A stretch of DNA of 64,000 nucleotides from NCBI GenBank assembly GCA_963840225.1, contig CAWIYH010000005.1, positions 85,750-149,749 on the forward strand. The letters are read 5' to 3'. This stretch comes from an uncultured Acidobacteriota bacterium (lineage in GTDB: Bacteria > Acidobacteriota > Vicinamibacteria > Vicinamibacterales > CAVVIG01). A model generated the notes under the pieces. The model did not search any database, was not told the DNA's origin, and was given only the letters and a program-made list of their open reading frames with translations. Below are positions 21,850-31,373 of the stretch, in pieces; position 1 is the first letter of the stretch, and each line of letters opens with the position of its first letter. Position numbers and translations under genes: made by a program.

Positions 21850-22323
21850 AAGGCCGAGCTCGTGTTCGACGAGGGCGATCCCGCGCGGCGCATCGTGGAG
21901 CGGGCCGGAGCCCTCTCGGCCGACCTGATCGTGAGCTCGCGGGGCTTCGCTTCGCGTTCTCGCTGGCGGAGGAGTCCGACGCCGAGCTGACGCTTCTGCA
22001 ACGTGTTCGACTGGCCGGCGGACGACGAGCTGCTGGTGCAGCAGTTCGACGTACCGGAGTTCCGACGCGTCGTCGAGAAGGAGGCGCGCGAGCGGCTCGA
22101 CGCCCTGGTGACCGACGACGTCCGTCCCTGGTGCCGCCCGAAGACGACGGTTGCCTACGGGAAGGCGTACGCGGCGATTCTGGACGTCGCCGGACACGAA
22201 GCGGCCGATCTCATCGTGATGGGCGTGCGAGGACGGAATCCGCTCGATCTCGCCCTGTTCGGATCGACGACCAATCACGTCGTCCGGCGGGCAGCGTGCC
22301 CGGTCCTGACGCTGAAGCAGTAG
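21850..22323 (+). pseudogene. Fragmented tandem universal stress protein
   Basis: GDPARRIVERA...ADLIV fragment, AFSLAEESDAELTLL in a shifted frame, and ADLIVMGVRGR...FGSTTNHVVRRAACPVLT. Confidence 0.8.
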
Positions 22324-22332
22324 GCACGAGGG

Positions 22333-23184
22333 TCACGAAGCGAGCGGCGAGTGCCTGCGCCCGTCGTCGGTCTCGCGCCCGCGCACCAGACGACGGCCGG
22401 CCGACGAACCGTCATCGGCGGTGACGACCGTGCACTGCCGCTCGCCGTGGCCGTCATCCCAGTAGATGATGACCCAGTCGTGGGTCCGGCCCAGACGGTG
22501 CGCGAGCGCCGTGTTGGAGAAGAGCGCCGTGTAGTGCCGCGGGCCCCGGGTGGTGTGCAGGATGGGCAGCCACGCCGTCCGCGACGGGTTGAAGCGTCGG
22601 GGTGCAATCATCACGAGCGCTCCGGAAGCCGCCTTCTCCCGGTATTCACGATCGACGTCGAGGAGTTCGCTGGTCGACGGCGGCCGCGTGCCGTCGGGCG
22701 TCGGCGGGCGGACGCGCTGCAGCCGGTGCGCCAACGAGTCGCGGATGCCGGCCAGCCGCTTCGGACCGAAGCCGAGCACGTGCTCGAGACAACCGTCGTG
22801 CGCGGCCGCTTCGAGCTCCTCGAGCGTGCCGATGCCGAGATCGTGGTAGAGCCGATCGGCCAGGCCGCGGCCAATGCCGGAGACCGACGCCAGAACGCGC
22901 GTCGGGTCGCCTTCGCCCCGAAGACGATCCAGCATCGCCAGGCGGCCGCGGGCCAGCAGATCACGGATGGCGCGCGCGATGCTGTCGCCGACGCCGGGCA
23001 GCGCACGAAGACCGTCGAGCCCCTCCTTTTCCAGGATCTCGGACACGGGTCCGGGCAGTCGGCGAACGTTGTCGGCAGCCTGGCGGTACGCGCGGACGCG
23101 AAAGCGGTTCGCGCCCTGCGCGTCCAGGAGCTGCGCGACCTCGTCGAGCCTGTCGGCCACGTCCGCGTTGAGCCGTTCGGCCAT
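22333..23184 (-). CDS. PolX N-terminal (8-kDa/HhH) domain protein with an uncharacterised C-terminal domain, no polymerase palm
   Basis: NADVADRLDEVA...ANRFRVRAYRQAA, LPGVGDSIA, VSGIGRGLA...LGIGTLEEL, GFGPKR; sigma-54 motif GGTATCGCGTTTGC at 23201-23214. Confidence 0.85.
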   Translation of the reverse strand: MAERLNADVADRLDEVAQLLDAQGANRFRVRAYRQAADNVRRLPGPVSEILEKEGLDGLRALPGVGDSIARAIRDLLARGRLAMLDRLRGEGDPTRVLASVSGIGRGLADRLYHDLGIGTLEELEAAAHDGCLEHVLGFGPKRLAGIRDSLAHRLQRVRPPTPDGTRPPSTSELLDVDREYREKAASGALVMIAPRRFNPSRTAWLPILHTTRGPRHYTALFSNTALAHRLGRTHDWVIIYWDDGHGERQCTVVTADDGSSAGRRLVRGRETDDGRRHSPLAS

Positions 23185-23519
23185 CCGATCGAACGGGGAC
23201 GCAAACGCGATACCGACCTCGTCGGCGATCGGCACTTGACAGAAGAGGGGAGTCGGCGTATTCGTACTAGTGAACCACGCAAGACAAGACGTGGAGGTTC
23301 TCGGATGACAGAGCCACCGGGCTTGAGGCGCGCGTCCTCGGAGGACTGAATCCTTCGACCACGCGCCAGCGACCAGCGGCACCGGAAGGAAAGTCCAAAA
23401 ATAATCCGGGCACTCGCCCGGATGCGTGTGAATCCCACACGCGTGAAGCGCCCGGCTCCCTGGCTCCCGCCAGAGACCGGGCGTTTCTAATGTACGCCGG
23501 CCTGCTTCCGCCTATTTCT

Positions 23520-23698
23520 TCCCCGACGCCCCCCCGGCAATCTCGAGACGACGCCGGCGGCGCACTTGTTCGGGCGGCGCTGGCATGACGATCTCGAGCA
23601 CGCTGTCTTTGAACCTCGCCTTCGCCTGGTCGGTCAGCGCTCCCTCGGGGGATGACTCGACGGAAGCTGCCGTAGCTGCGCTCCGAGCGGTACACGGC
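23520..23698 (-). pseudogene. C-terminal fragment of an Hsp20/alpha-crystallin small heat-shock protein
   Basis: YRSERSYGSFRRVIP, then after a frameshift PEGALTDQAKARFKDSVLEIVMP...RRLEI. Confidence 0.8.
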
Positions 23699-23726
23699 GC
23701 CGGAACCGGAAGGGTGTGGCGGCAGG

Positions 23727-24335
23727 CTACGTCGTCGGCTCGAACCTGAACGGCCAGTCACCCCAACTGGCGAATGTCGCACCGGCTGCGCGCATTTCGT
23801 CGATGGCGCGGCTGACGTCGCCGCGACGAACGTCGATGCCGGCGATCGCATCGTCGAGAACCGTGACGCTGAGTCCGTAGCGGCGTGCGTCCAGCACCGA
23901 TGCGCGCACGCAATACTCGGTCGCCAGCCCGCCGACGTGCAGGTGATCGATACGCCGGTCGCGCAGCTCCTGCAGCAGTGGCCGACCGTCCGTCGTGTGC
24001 CCGTCGAAGATCGAATAGCCGGGGTGCGCGGGATCGTCGCCCTTGCTGATGACGACCATGGACGATGGGAGCCTGAGGTCCGGATGGAACGCCGCTCCCG
24101 CGCTGTGCTGTATGCAGTGCGGCGGCCACTTGCCGCCGTGGGTGTTGAAGTGCGAGGTCACTTCCGGATGCCAGTCGCGCGACGCGTAGATGACGAGCCC
24201 ATGATCGGCTGCGCCTGCCGCATAGCGATTCAGCACCGGGACCACGCGGCCGCCGTCGGGGACCGGCAGCGCGCCGCCGGGACAGAAGTCCCGTTGGACG
24301 TCGACGATGACAAGAGCCGAGCGAGAAGCTTCCAT
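23727..24335 (-). CDS. pncA: Nicotinamidase/pyrazinamidase
   Basis: VDVQRDFCPGGAL, RDWHP, WPPHC, SKG...YS, GLATEYCV. Confidence 0.93.
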   Translation of the reverse strand: MEASRSALVIVDVQRDFCPGGALPVPDGGRVVPVLNRYAAGAADHGLVIYASRDWHPEVTSHFNTHGGKWPPHCIQHSAGAAFHPDLRLPSSMVVISKGDDPAHPGYSIFDGHTTDGRPLLQELRDRRIDHLHVGGLATEYCVRASVLDARRYGLSVTVLDDAIAGIDVRRGDVSRAIDEMRAAGATFASWGDWPFRFEPTT

Positions 24336-24546
24336 CGGGTCGGTGCCGCTTCTTCCAGCCACCGCCCAAACGTACTTCCCCGGTCGGGGCGAGCGCAACC
24401 GCGCCGCGTCCGTGCCGGCCGTCGCGCGTCGTGACCCGGCTGCCGGGCGCCGGAATAGCGCCGGGACAGCGCCGGGTTTCCGGCAGAGATTCTCCTCTTG
24501 GCTCGGTAATCCTTCGCAAAAGTCGACATTTCTCATCCTCGAGGCC

Positions 24547-24560
24547 GGCACGCTGGTTGC
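24547..24560 (+). promoter_or_regulatory. sigma-54 motif
   Basis: GGCACGCTGGTTGC. Confidence 0.7.
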
Positions 24561-24614
24561 GGAACGTGTCTCAGGGACAGCCGGTGCGCTGTCCTTCGAC
24601 GCGGAGGATGCATC

Positions 24615-24974
24615 ATGAGCGACACGAAAACTGGCCTCGTCGATTCGAATGGGGTCGCGGATACGAGCCACGTCGGCGCGGAGCAGCTGATGACGCTCGC
24701 GGCAGCCGGGCGGCTGACCAAGCCGGTGATGGCGGCGCTGCTCGCGCAAGGCGCGCGCCAGCGCTTCCTGGAGTCCTGTGCGCACATCGAGCGCCGGTAC
24801 ACCGACGCGTGCGCGGCGAAGGGCGACCCGTGTCTCGAATCCGGCTGCTCGCTCGAGGGCGGCGACGAGATCTGCCTGCAGCCGCTGCTCGAGGCGGGAG
24901 ACGAATACAACCGGGCGTGCGCCGCCGAGTGGGTCAAGCTCTTCCAGCAGCCCGAGAATCGGCTCGGCGTATAA
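24615..24974 (+). CDS. Small Cys-rich hypothetical protein
   Basis: GGAGG RBS; 119 aa with six Cys (CAHIE...CAAKGDPCLESGCS...ICLQP...RAC). Confidence 0.75.
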   Translation: MSDTKTGLVDSNGVADTSHVGAEQLMTLAAAGRLTKPVMAALLAQGARQRFLESCAHIERRYTDACAAKGDPCLESGCSLEGGDEICLQPLLEAGDEYNRACAAEWVKLFQQPENRLGV

Positions 24975-25005
24975 CGCAACCGCGCGCGCGGTCGAACTGG
25001 CGATC

Positions 25006-25019
25006 GGCACGCTCGTTGC
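25006..25019 (+). promoter_or_regulatory. sigma-54 motif upstream of cfa
   Basis: GGCACGCTCGTTGC, 13 nt before ATG 25033. Confidence 0.7.
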
Positions 25020-25032
25020 CTCTGCCGTGCAC

Positions 25033-26253
25033 ATGCCGGACGGCCGCTGCCTCTACCCGGCCCCGACCTTTCCCACTCGTACGGCGACGTCGCCGGCCAC
25101 GGCGATCGATCGCTGGGCGGTGTCCCGCATCCAGCAGCGGGTCGCGCGCGGGCGGCTGCGCTTCCTGTTGTGGGACGGCTTCGAGGTGCCCTCAACCGCC
25201 GGTCCTTCCGTTGGCGCTATCCTCTTCAAGAACCGGCGGGCGCTTTACAGCTGGCTGTGGGATGCCGATCTGAACTTCGGCGAGACGTACATGTTCGGTT
25301 CGGTCGAGGTCCGGGGCGATCTGCTCGCGACTCTCGAGGAGGTCTACCGAGCCCTTGCCGAGTCCGGGCCGCCGCGGCCGCGCTGGTGGAGGGAGAACGA
25401 CGTCTCGAGGGCGAAGGCCAACGTCCACCACCACTACGATCTGGGCAACTCCTTCTACCGGCTGTGGCTCGACCGGCAGATGCTCTACACGTGCGCGTAC
25501 TTCCCGACCAGGGATTGCACGCTCGAGGAGGCCCAGCACGCCAAGATGGATCTGGTGTGCCGCAAGGTCGCGCTGAAGCCGGGCGAGCGCGTGGTCGAGG
25601 CGGGGTGCGGCTGGGGCGCGCTGGCGCTGTTCATGGCGAGGCACTACGGCGTCACGGTGCGGGCGTACAACGTCTCGCGCGAGCAGATCGCGTTCGCGCG
25701 CGAGCGCGCGGCGCGTGAAGGGCTCGCCGGACGGGTGGAGTTTGTCGAGGACGACTACCGCAACATCCGCGGCCAGTACGACGTGTTCGTGTCGGTGGGT
25801 ATGCTGGAGCACGTCGGATTGCCCGACTATCCCGTCCTCGGAGCCGTGGTCGATCGCGCGCTCGATCAAGAGGGCCGCGGCCTGCTGCACTTCATCGGCC
25901 GTGACGTGCCCGCGCCGCTCAATCGCTGGATCTGCAGGCGAATCTTTCCCGGCGCCTACCCTCCGGCGCTGCGGGAGGTGTTCGAGGGCGTCCTCGAGCC
26001 GAGCGCGCTGTCGGTCCTCGACGTCGAGAACCTCCGCCAGCACTATGCCGCGACGCTCGAGCACTGGCGCCGCCGGTTCGACGATTCGGCCGACCGCGTC
26101 GCCGCGATGTTCGACGAGAACTTCGTCCGCGCCTGGCGGCTGTACCTGGCCGGTTCCCACGCCGCGTTCACGACGGGGAGCATGCAGCTCTTCCAGGTCG
26201 TGTTCGCGCGCACCGGCAGCAATCGGATTCCCTGGACCCGCCGCGCCGGGTGA
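25033..26253 (+). CDS. cfa: Cyclopropane-fatty-acyl-phospholipid synthase family methyltransferase
   Basis: NVHHHYDLGN, YTCAYF, EAGCGWG, SVGMLEHVG, IFPG, HYAATL, WRLYLAG. Confidence 0.92.
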   Translation: MPDGRCLYPAPTFPTRTATSPATAIDRWAVSRIQQRVARGRLRFLLWDGFEVPSTAGPSVGAILFKNRRALYSWLWDADLNFGETYMFGSVEVRGDLLATLEEVYRALAESGPPRPRWWRENDVSRAKANVHHHYDLGNSFYRLWLDRQMLYTCAYFPTRDCTLEEAQHAKMDLVCRKVALKPGERVVEAGCGWGALALFMARHYGVTVRAYNVSREQIAFARERAAREGLAGRVEFVEDDYRNIRGQYDVFVSVGMLEHVGLPDYPVLGAVVDRALDQEGRGLLHFIGRDVPAPLNRWICRRIFPGAYPPALREVFEGVLEPSALSVLDVENLRQHYAATLEHWRRRFDDSADRVAAMFDENFVRAWRLYLAGSHAAFTTGSMQLFQVVFARTGSNRIPWTRRAG

Positions 26254-26276
26254 CGGGCGTCCGCCTGGGTTCCGGC

Positions 26277-27395
26277 ATGGTGAGCTGCGACGTGGTGGTG
26301 GTCGGCGGAGGGCCCGCCGGATCGACCTGCGCATGGAGGCTTCGACAGGCCGGCGCCGACGTCGTCGTGGTGGATCGGGCGACGTTTCCCCGGGACAAGG
26401 TCTGCGCCGGCTGGATCACGCCTCCCGTCGTGGACGCCCTGTGTCTGGACGTCGACGACTACCGGCACGGTCGCACGTTTGAAGCGATCTGCGGATTCTC
26501 GATTGGTATGATCGGTCGGACCAGGTCCATCAAGGCGGCATACGGCCATCCCGTCAGCTTCGCGATCCGCCGGTGCGAATTCGACGACTACCTGCTGAAG
26601 CGATCGGGCGCACGGCTGCTGCTGGGAACGGCAGTGACCTCGACTCGCCGCGCCGCCGGCGCATGGATCGTCAACGACACGATTCGGGCGCCGATGCTGG
26701 TCGGCGCCGGCGGACATTTCTGCCCTGTGGCCCGATGGCTCAACCAAGGCGAGCAGCCTCGTCGCGAGGCCCCGCTTGTCGTCGCCCAGGAAGCCGAATG
26801 GGCGCTCTGCGGGCGCCAGAGCCGGGGCGATGCCGACGACCTCCCGCAACTGTTCTTCTGCCGGGACCTGAAAGGGTACGGATGGTGCGTGCGGAAAGGC
26901 GGATTCGTGAACGTCGGTCTTGGCCGCGTGGACCCTCATGCGCTGCACGGCGCGCTCGAGGAATTCGTGGCATTTCTCGTCGACCGCGGGGCGCTTCACG
27001 CCGCCGCCCCCCGGCGCTGGAACGGTCACGCGTACCTTCTCGCCGACCGACGCCACCGCCGCGTCGTCGGCGACGCCGTCCTGCTCGCGGGCGATGCGGC
27101 AGGCCTGGCCGACAGCCGGAGCGGAGAGGGGATTCGGCAGGCGATCGAGTCCGGCCTGGCCACCGCGTCGGCCGTGGTCGACGCGGGCGGGCAGTACACA
27201 CGCGACCGGCTCGAGTCCTACGAGGCGCGGCTCTTCAGGGCGGCGCCCTCGACGGATGGCCTGGCGGCCCGGGCGGCGGCGTCGTCGGTTGCGCAGGCGC
27301 TGGGCAGGACGCTGCTGCTGGTTCCGCCGTTCGTGCGGCACGTCGTCATCGAACGCTGGTTCCTCCAGCGCGTGCCGCTTCCATCGCGAGCGTGA
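26277..27395 (+). CDS. Geranylgeranyl-reductase family FAD-dependent oxidoreductase
   Basis: DVVVVGGGPAGS, FPRDKVCAG, RRCEFD, GYGW, GDAAGL...GEGI. Confidence 0.9.
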   Translation: MVSCDVVVVGGGPAGSTCAWRLRQAGADVVVVDRATFPRDKVCAGWITPPVVDALCLDVDDYRHGRTFEAICGFSIGMIGRTRSIKAAYGHPVSFAIRRCEFDDYLLKRSGARLLLGTAVTSTRRAAGAWIVNDTIRAPMLVGAGGHFCPVARWLNQGEQPRREAPLVVAQEAEWALCGRQSRGDADDLPQLFFCRDLKGYGWCVRKGGFVNVGLGRVDPHALHGALEEFVAFLVDRGALHAAAPRRWNGHAYLLADRRHRRVVGDAVLLAGDAAGLADSRSGEGIRQAIESGLATASAVVDAGGQYTRDRLESYEARLFRAAPSTDGLAARAAASSVAQALGRTLLLVPPFVRHVVIERWFLQRVPLPSRA

Positions 27396-27533
27396 GGTCC
27401 CGCCCGTGCAGCCTGCCGCCGGGCCGGCGTAAGGCAGTGATTGAGCGACCCGTACACTCCAACCGTGATCTCGCTCATCCGACCATGAGCCGACGCATGA
27501 AGCGTCGGGTTTCGTATGATAGCGTGACAGAAT

Positions 27534-29201
27534 GTGTCTGGGATGAGACGGAGCGCGAGCGCGGCCGACCCACTGTGGTACAAGGACGCGATCATCTACG
27601 AGGTGCCGGTCAAGTCGTACTGCGACGGTAACGGCGATGGCATCGGCGACTTCCAGGGCCTGCAGGGGAAGCTCGACCATCTGCAGACCCTCGGCGTCAC
27701 CTGCCTGTGGCTGCTGCCGTTCTTCCCCTCGCCGCTCAAGGACGATGGGTACGACATCGCCGATTACGTGAACGTCCACCCGAGCTATGGGACCCTGGAC
27801 GATTTCAAGCGGTTCCTCGACGCGGCCCACCAGCGGCAGCTGCAGGTGGTCGTCGAGCTCGTCCTCAACCACACGTCCGACCAGCATCCCTGGTTCCAGC
27901 GGGCACGATCGGCGGCGCTGGGCACGCCGGAGCGCGACTATTATGTCTGGAGCGACACCGACCAGCGGTACGGCGACGCCCGCATCATCTTTGTCGACGC
28001 CGAGCGCTCCAACTGGACGTGGGATCCGGAGGCGCGCGCGTACTACTGGCACCGGTTCTTTCATCACCAGCCGGATCTGAACTACGACAACCCCGCCGTC
28101 GTGCGCGAGATGGTGGGCGTGCTCGATTTCTGGCTCGATCTCGGCGTGGACGGCTTCCGGCTCGACGCCGTGCCGTACCTCGTCGAGCGGGACGGCACCA
28201 GCTGCGAGAACCTGGACGCGACGCACGCCATCATCAAGGCGATCCGGCAGCATCTCGACGCGCGCGGCCCTGGGCGGCTGCTGCTGGCGGAGGCGAACCA
28301 GCCACCGGCCGAGGTCCGGACGTACTTCGGGGACGGCGACGAATGCCACATGGCGTATCACTTCCCGCTGATGCCGCGCATCTTCATGGGGCTGCATCTC
28401 GAGGACCGCAAGCCGATCGTCGACGTGATGGAGCACACGCCGCAGATTCCGCCGACCTGCCAGTGGGCCCTGTTCCTGCGCAACCATGACGAGCTGACCC
28501 TCGAGATGGTCACCGACGACGAGCGCGACTACATGTACCTCGCGTACAGCCTGGATCCGCAGGCGCGCCTGAACCTGGGGATCCGGCGTCGTCTGGCGCC
28601 GCTCGTCGGCAACAGCCGGCGCCGCATCGAGCTGCTCAACGCGCTCCTGTTCTCCTTTCCCGGCACGCCGATCCTCTACTACGGCGACGAGATCGGGATG
28701 GGTGACAACCTGTACCTCGGCGATCGTAACGGCGTGCGCACGCCGATGCAGTGGACGAGCGACCGCAACGCGGGCTTTTCGCGTGCCGATCCGGAACGCC
28801 TCTACAGCCCGATCATCATGGACGCGGTCTACGGCTACCAGGGGGTGAACGTCGAGGCCCAGGAGAGCGACAACGCGTCGCTCCTGCACTGGATGCGCAA
28901 CATGATCCGCCTGCGCCGGCTGTTCAAGGTCTTCGGCCGCGGCGCGATCGAATTCCTGCAGCCGGAGAACCTGAAGGTCCTCGCGTATGTCCGCCGGTTC
29001 GACGAGGACGTGATCCTGTGCGTCGCGAACCTGTCGCGGTCGGCGCAGCCGGCCGAGCTCGATCTGCAGGCGTTCGTCGGGTCGGTGCCCGTGGAGATGC
29101 TCGGCTACACCGAGTTTCCGCCGATCACGGCGGCGCCCTACTTCCTGACGCTTGGCCCCTATGGCTTCTACTGGTTCGAGCTCCAGCGTCCACGGGACTG
29201 A
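27534..29201 (+). CDS. treS: Trehalose synthase (maltose alpha-D-glucosyltransferase), GH13
   Basis: [52 protein letters not shown]. Confidence 0.95.
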   Translation: MSGMRRSASAADPLWYKDAIIYEVPVKSYCDGNGDGIGDFQGLQGKLDHLQTLGVTCLWLLPFFPSPLKDDGYDIADYVNVHPSYGTLDDFKRFLDAAHQRQLQVVVELVLNHTSDQHPWFQRARSAALGTPERDYYVWSDTDQRYGDARIIFVDAERSNWTWDPEARAYYWHRFFHHQPDLNYDNPAVVREMVGVLDFWLDLGVDGFRLDAVPYLVERDGTSCENLDATHAIIKAIRQHLDARGPGRLLLAEANQPPAEVRTYFGDGDECHMAYHFPLMPRIFMGLHLEDRKPIVDVMEHTPQIPPTCQWALFLRNHDELTLEMVTDDERDYMYLAYSLDPQARLNLGIRRRLAPLVGNSRRRIELLNALLFSFPGTPILYYGDEIGMGDNLYLGDRNGVRTPMQWTSDRNAGFSRADPERLYSPIIMDAVYGYQGVNVEAQESDNASLLHWMRNMIRLRRLFKVFGRGAIEFLQPENLKVLAYVRRFDEDVILCVANLSRSAQPAELDLQAFVGSVPVEMLGYTEFPPITAAPYFLTLGPYGFYWFELQRPRD

Positions 29202-30432
29202 CGCCGGGACGGTCGACCGCGCCGAGGCCGTCGTCGCCGTGATCACGCACAACGACGTGCGGACGATCGGCGCGGTGGTGTCGGCGGCGCGGGAGGCGCT
29301 GACGGCGCGGTTCGGCGCCGAAGGTGCCCGGATTCTCGTCGCCGACTCGGCGTCGACCGACGGGACGCGGGAAGCGGCGCGCGAGGCGGCCGGCCGGACG
29401 CTCGTGGAGGTCACCTGCCCTGTGCCGGCGACCCTAACCGAGCTGCCGTACCATGGGCAGCCGGGACGCCACACGGCGCTCAAGGCGGTCCTGCAGACGG
29501 CGCAGCAGCTTGGCGCGCGGGCGTGCGCGGTCCTCGACGCCCGGCTCGAGTCGCCGGCGCCGGATCGGATTGACCGCCTCATCGGTCCGGTCGTTGCCGA
29601 CGGCTTCGACTACGTGTCGCCGTACTACACGCGGCGGCCGCACGAAGGCGCGATCACCAAGGGCATCGTGTATCCGATGTTCCGTGCGCTCTATGGCGTC
29701 CGCGTCCGGCAGCCCTCGGCGGTCGAGTTCGCCTGTTCGGCGATCGCGATGGCGCACTATCTCGAGCAGGACTTCTGGGAGATCGAGCACGCGCAGTACG
29801 GCATCGATCTCTGGCTGGCGGTGGAGGCCGTCTGCCGGGCGTTTCGGGTGTGCGAGACGCCGCTCGGCGTGTACCGGATCGCGGCGCGCGACCCCGTGGT
29901 CGACGTCAGCACGACGCTGGCGCAGATCGCCGGCGCGCTCTTCGCGGACCTGGAGTACCGCGTCGACTTCTGGCAGCGGAGCCGCGGGTCGACCCCGCCG
30001 CCGATCGTCGGAACCGCCGCAGCGGCGGCCTCCGACGAGTCGCCGATTCCGGTCGACGGGCTGATCGACTCGTTCCGGCTGGGGTACCGGGAACTGCGCG
30101 AGATCTGGACGTGGGTGCTGCCCCCGCGGCCGATCGTGGAGCTGCGGCGGCTGACCGGGGAACCGCCGGAGCGCTTCCGGTTTCCCGACAGACTGTGGGC
30201 GGAAATCGTCTACGACTTCGCGCTCGGGTACGCGCTGCGCGTGATGCCGAGAGACCACCTGCTTCGCTCGCTGGCGCCGCTGTACAGCGGCTGGCTCGCG
30301 TCGTTCGTGCTCGAGACGGCCGGCCTGACGGCAGCCGCCGTCGACGAGCGCGTCGAACGGATCGGGCTCGGGTTCGAGGCGGAGAAGCGACATCTCATCT
30401 CGGGATGGCGGTGGCCCGAGCGCCTGCGATAG
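29161..30432 (+). CDS. GT-A fold glucosylglycerate-synthase-like protein (start uncertain)
   Basis: [49 protein letters not shown]...[15 protein letters not shown]. Confidence 0.75.
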   Translation: MASTGSSSSVHGTDAGTVDRAEAVVAVITHNDVRTIGAVVSAAREALTARFGAEGARILVADSASTDGTREAAREAAGRTLVEVTCPVPATLTELPYHGQPGRHTALKAVLQTAQQLGARACAVLDARLESPAPDRIDRLIGPVVADGFDYVSPYYTRRPHEGAITKGIVYPMFRALYGVRVRQPSAVEFACSAIAMAHYLEQDFWEIEHAQYGIDLWLAVEAVCRAFRVCETPLGVYRIAARDPVVDVSTTLAQIAGALFADLEYRVDFWQRSRGSTPPPIVGTAAAAASDESPIPVDGLIDSFRLGYRELREIWTWVLPPRPIVELRRLTGEPPERFRFPDRLWAEIVYDFALGYALRVMPRDHLLRSLAPLYSGWLASFVLETAGLTAAAVDERVERIGLGFEAEKRHLISGWRWPERLR

Positions 30433-30479
30433 CGCGCCGGCCGGGACGGCCCCGTTTCATTCAGCCGTGAGGAGCAGTC

Positions 30480-31178
30480 ATGTGGGCACAAATTGACCGA
30501 ATTCTGCGGCAGGCCACCGGTCAGATCGTCGACAACGTGGCGAACTTCCTGCCCGGCGTGCTCGTCGCGCTGTTGCTGATCGTCGTCACGGTCATGGTCG
30601 CAATGGTGGCGCGCTTCATCGTCGTGCGCGCCCTCCGGGGCCTGGAGTTCGACCGTCGGGCGGACCAGTTCGGGCTCGCGGCGCTCGCCGGGTGGCCGCC
30701 CTCGGCCAGCCCGTCGATGACCGTCGGACGGATCGTCGCCTGGACGATCCTCGTGCTCGGTCTGCTGATGAGCCTGACGGCGCTCAACGCGACGATTCCG
30801 TCGCGCCTGGCGCTGTCGGTCTTCGGCTACGTCCCGCACCTGCTGGCGGCGTTCGTCATCCTGATCGTGGGCGCGATTGCCGCGCGGTTCATGGCGCGAT
30901 CGGTGCTGATCGGCGCCGTCAACATGCACCTGCGGTCGGCGCGTCTCCTGAGCCTCACGGTCAAGTGGCTGGTGCTGCTCGTGGCGATTGCGATGGCGCT
31001 CGAGCACCTCGGCATCGGCCGCTCCGTCCTGCTGCTGGCCTTCGGGATCGTGTTCGGCGGGATCGTTCTCGCGGCGTCGCTGGCTGTCGGGCTCGGCGCG
31101 CGCGAGGTCGTGGCCCGGGCGCTCGAGCGTCAGCTCCGCGACACGGCGCACGAGGGCGAGCACATCGATCACGTGTAG
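30480..31178 (+). CDS. Conserved TM-helix repeat membrane protein (CmpX/MscS-associated)
   Basis: FLPGVLVAL, YVPHLLAA, ALEHLGI, LAVGLGAREV; several TM helices. Confidence 0.8.
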   Translation: MWAQIDRILRQATGQIVDNVANFLPGVLVALLLIVVTVMVAMVARFIVVRALRGLEFDRRADQFGLAALAGWPPSASPSMTVGRIVAWTILVLGLLMSLTALNATIPSRLALSVFGYVPHLLAAFVILIVGAIAARFMARSVLIGAVNMHLRSARLLSLTVKWLVLLVAIAMALEHLGIGRSVLLLAFGIVFGGIVLAASLAVGLGAREVVARALERQLRDTAHEGEHIDHV

Positions 31179-31312
31179 GCGGCCGACGCCGTCCCTCTTC
31201 CGCGCTCGCCGAGCGCCCGCAGCGGGTCCGACCGGTCACCACCCCTTTCGAGGCGCCCTGCGACGACGTCACGAACAGCAGGTGATGGTCGCGCCGGTCG
31301 TCAGCCGTGAAC

Positions 31313-31371
31313 GTCGGGATGATGCGGGCGTGTCCGCCGGTCGCCTCGGCCACGAAGACGACCGCGGTCAC
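31313..31371 (-). pseudogene. Short remnant of a second ClC-family gene
   Basis: VTAVVFVAEATGGHARIIPT resembles the ClC helix P-Q motif. Confidence 0.5.
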
Positions 31372-31373
31372 GA

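Noticed and set aside
26043-29582. 1179-aa antisense ORF and similar long ORFs (5770-7872, 19136-21793, 44132-46690, 60144-62771)
   Set aside because: Shadow frames of real genes in a high-GC genome, with no recognisable motifs
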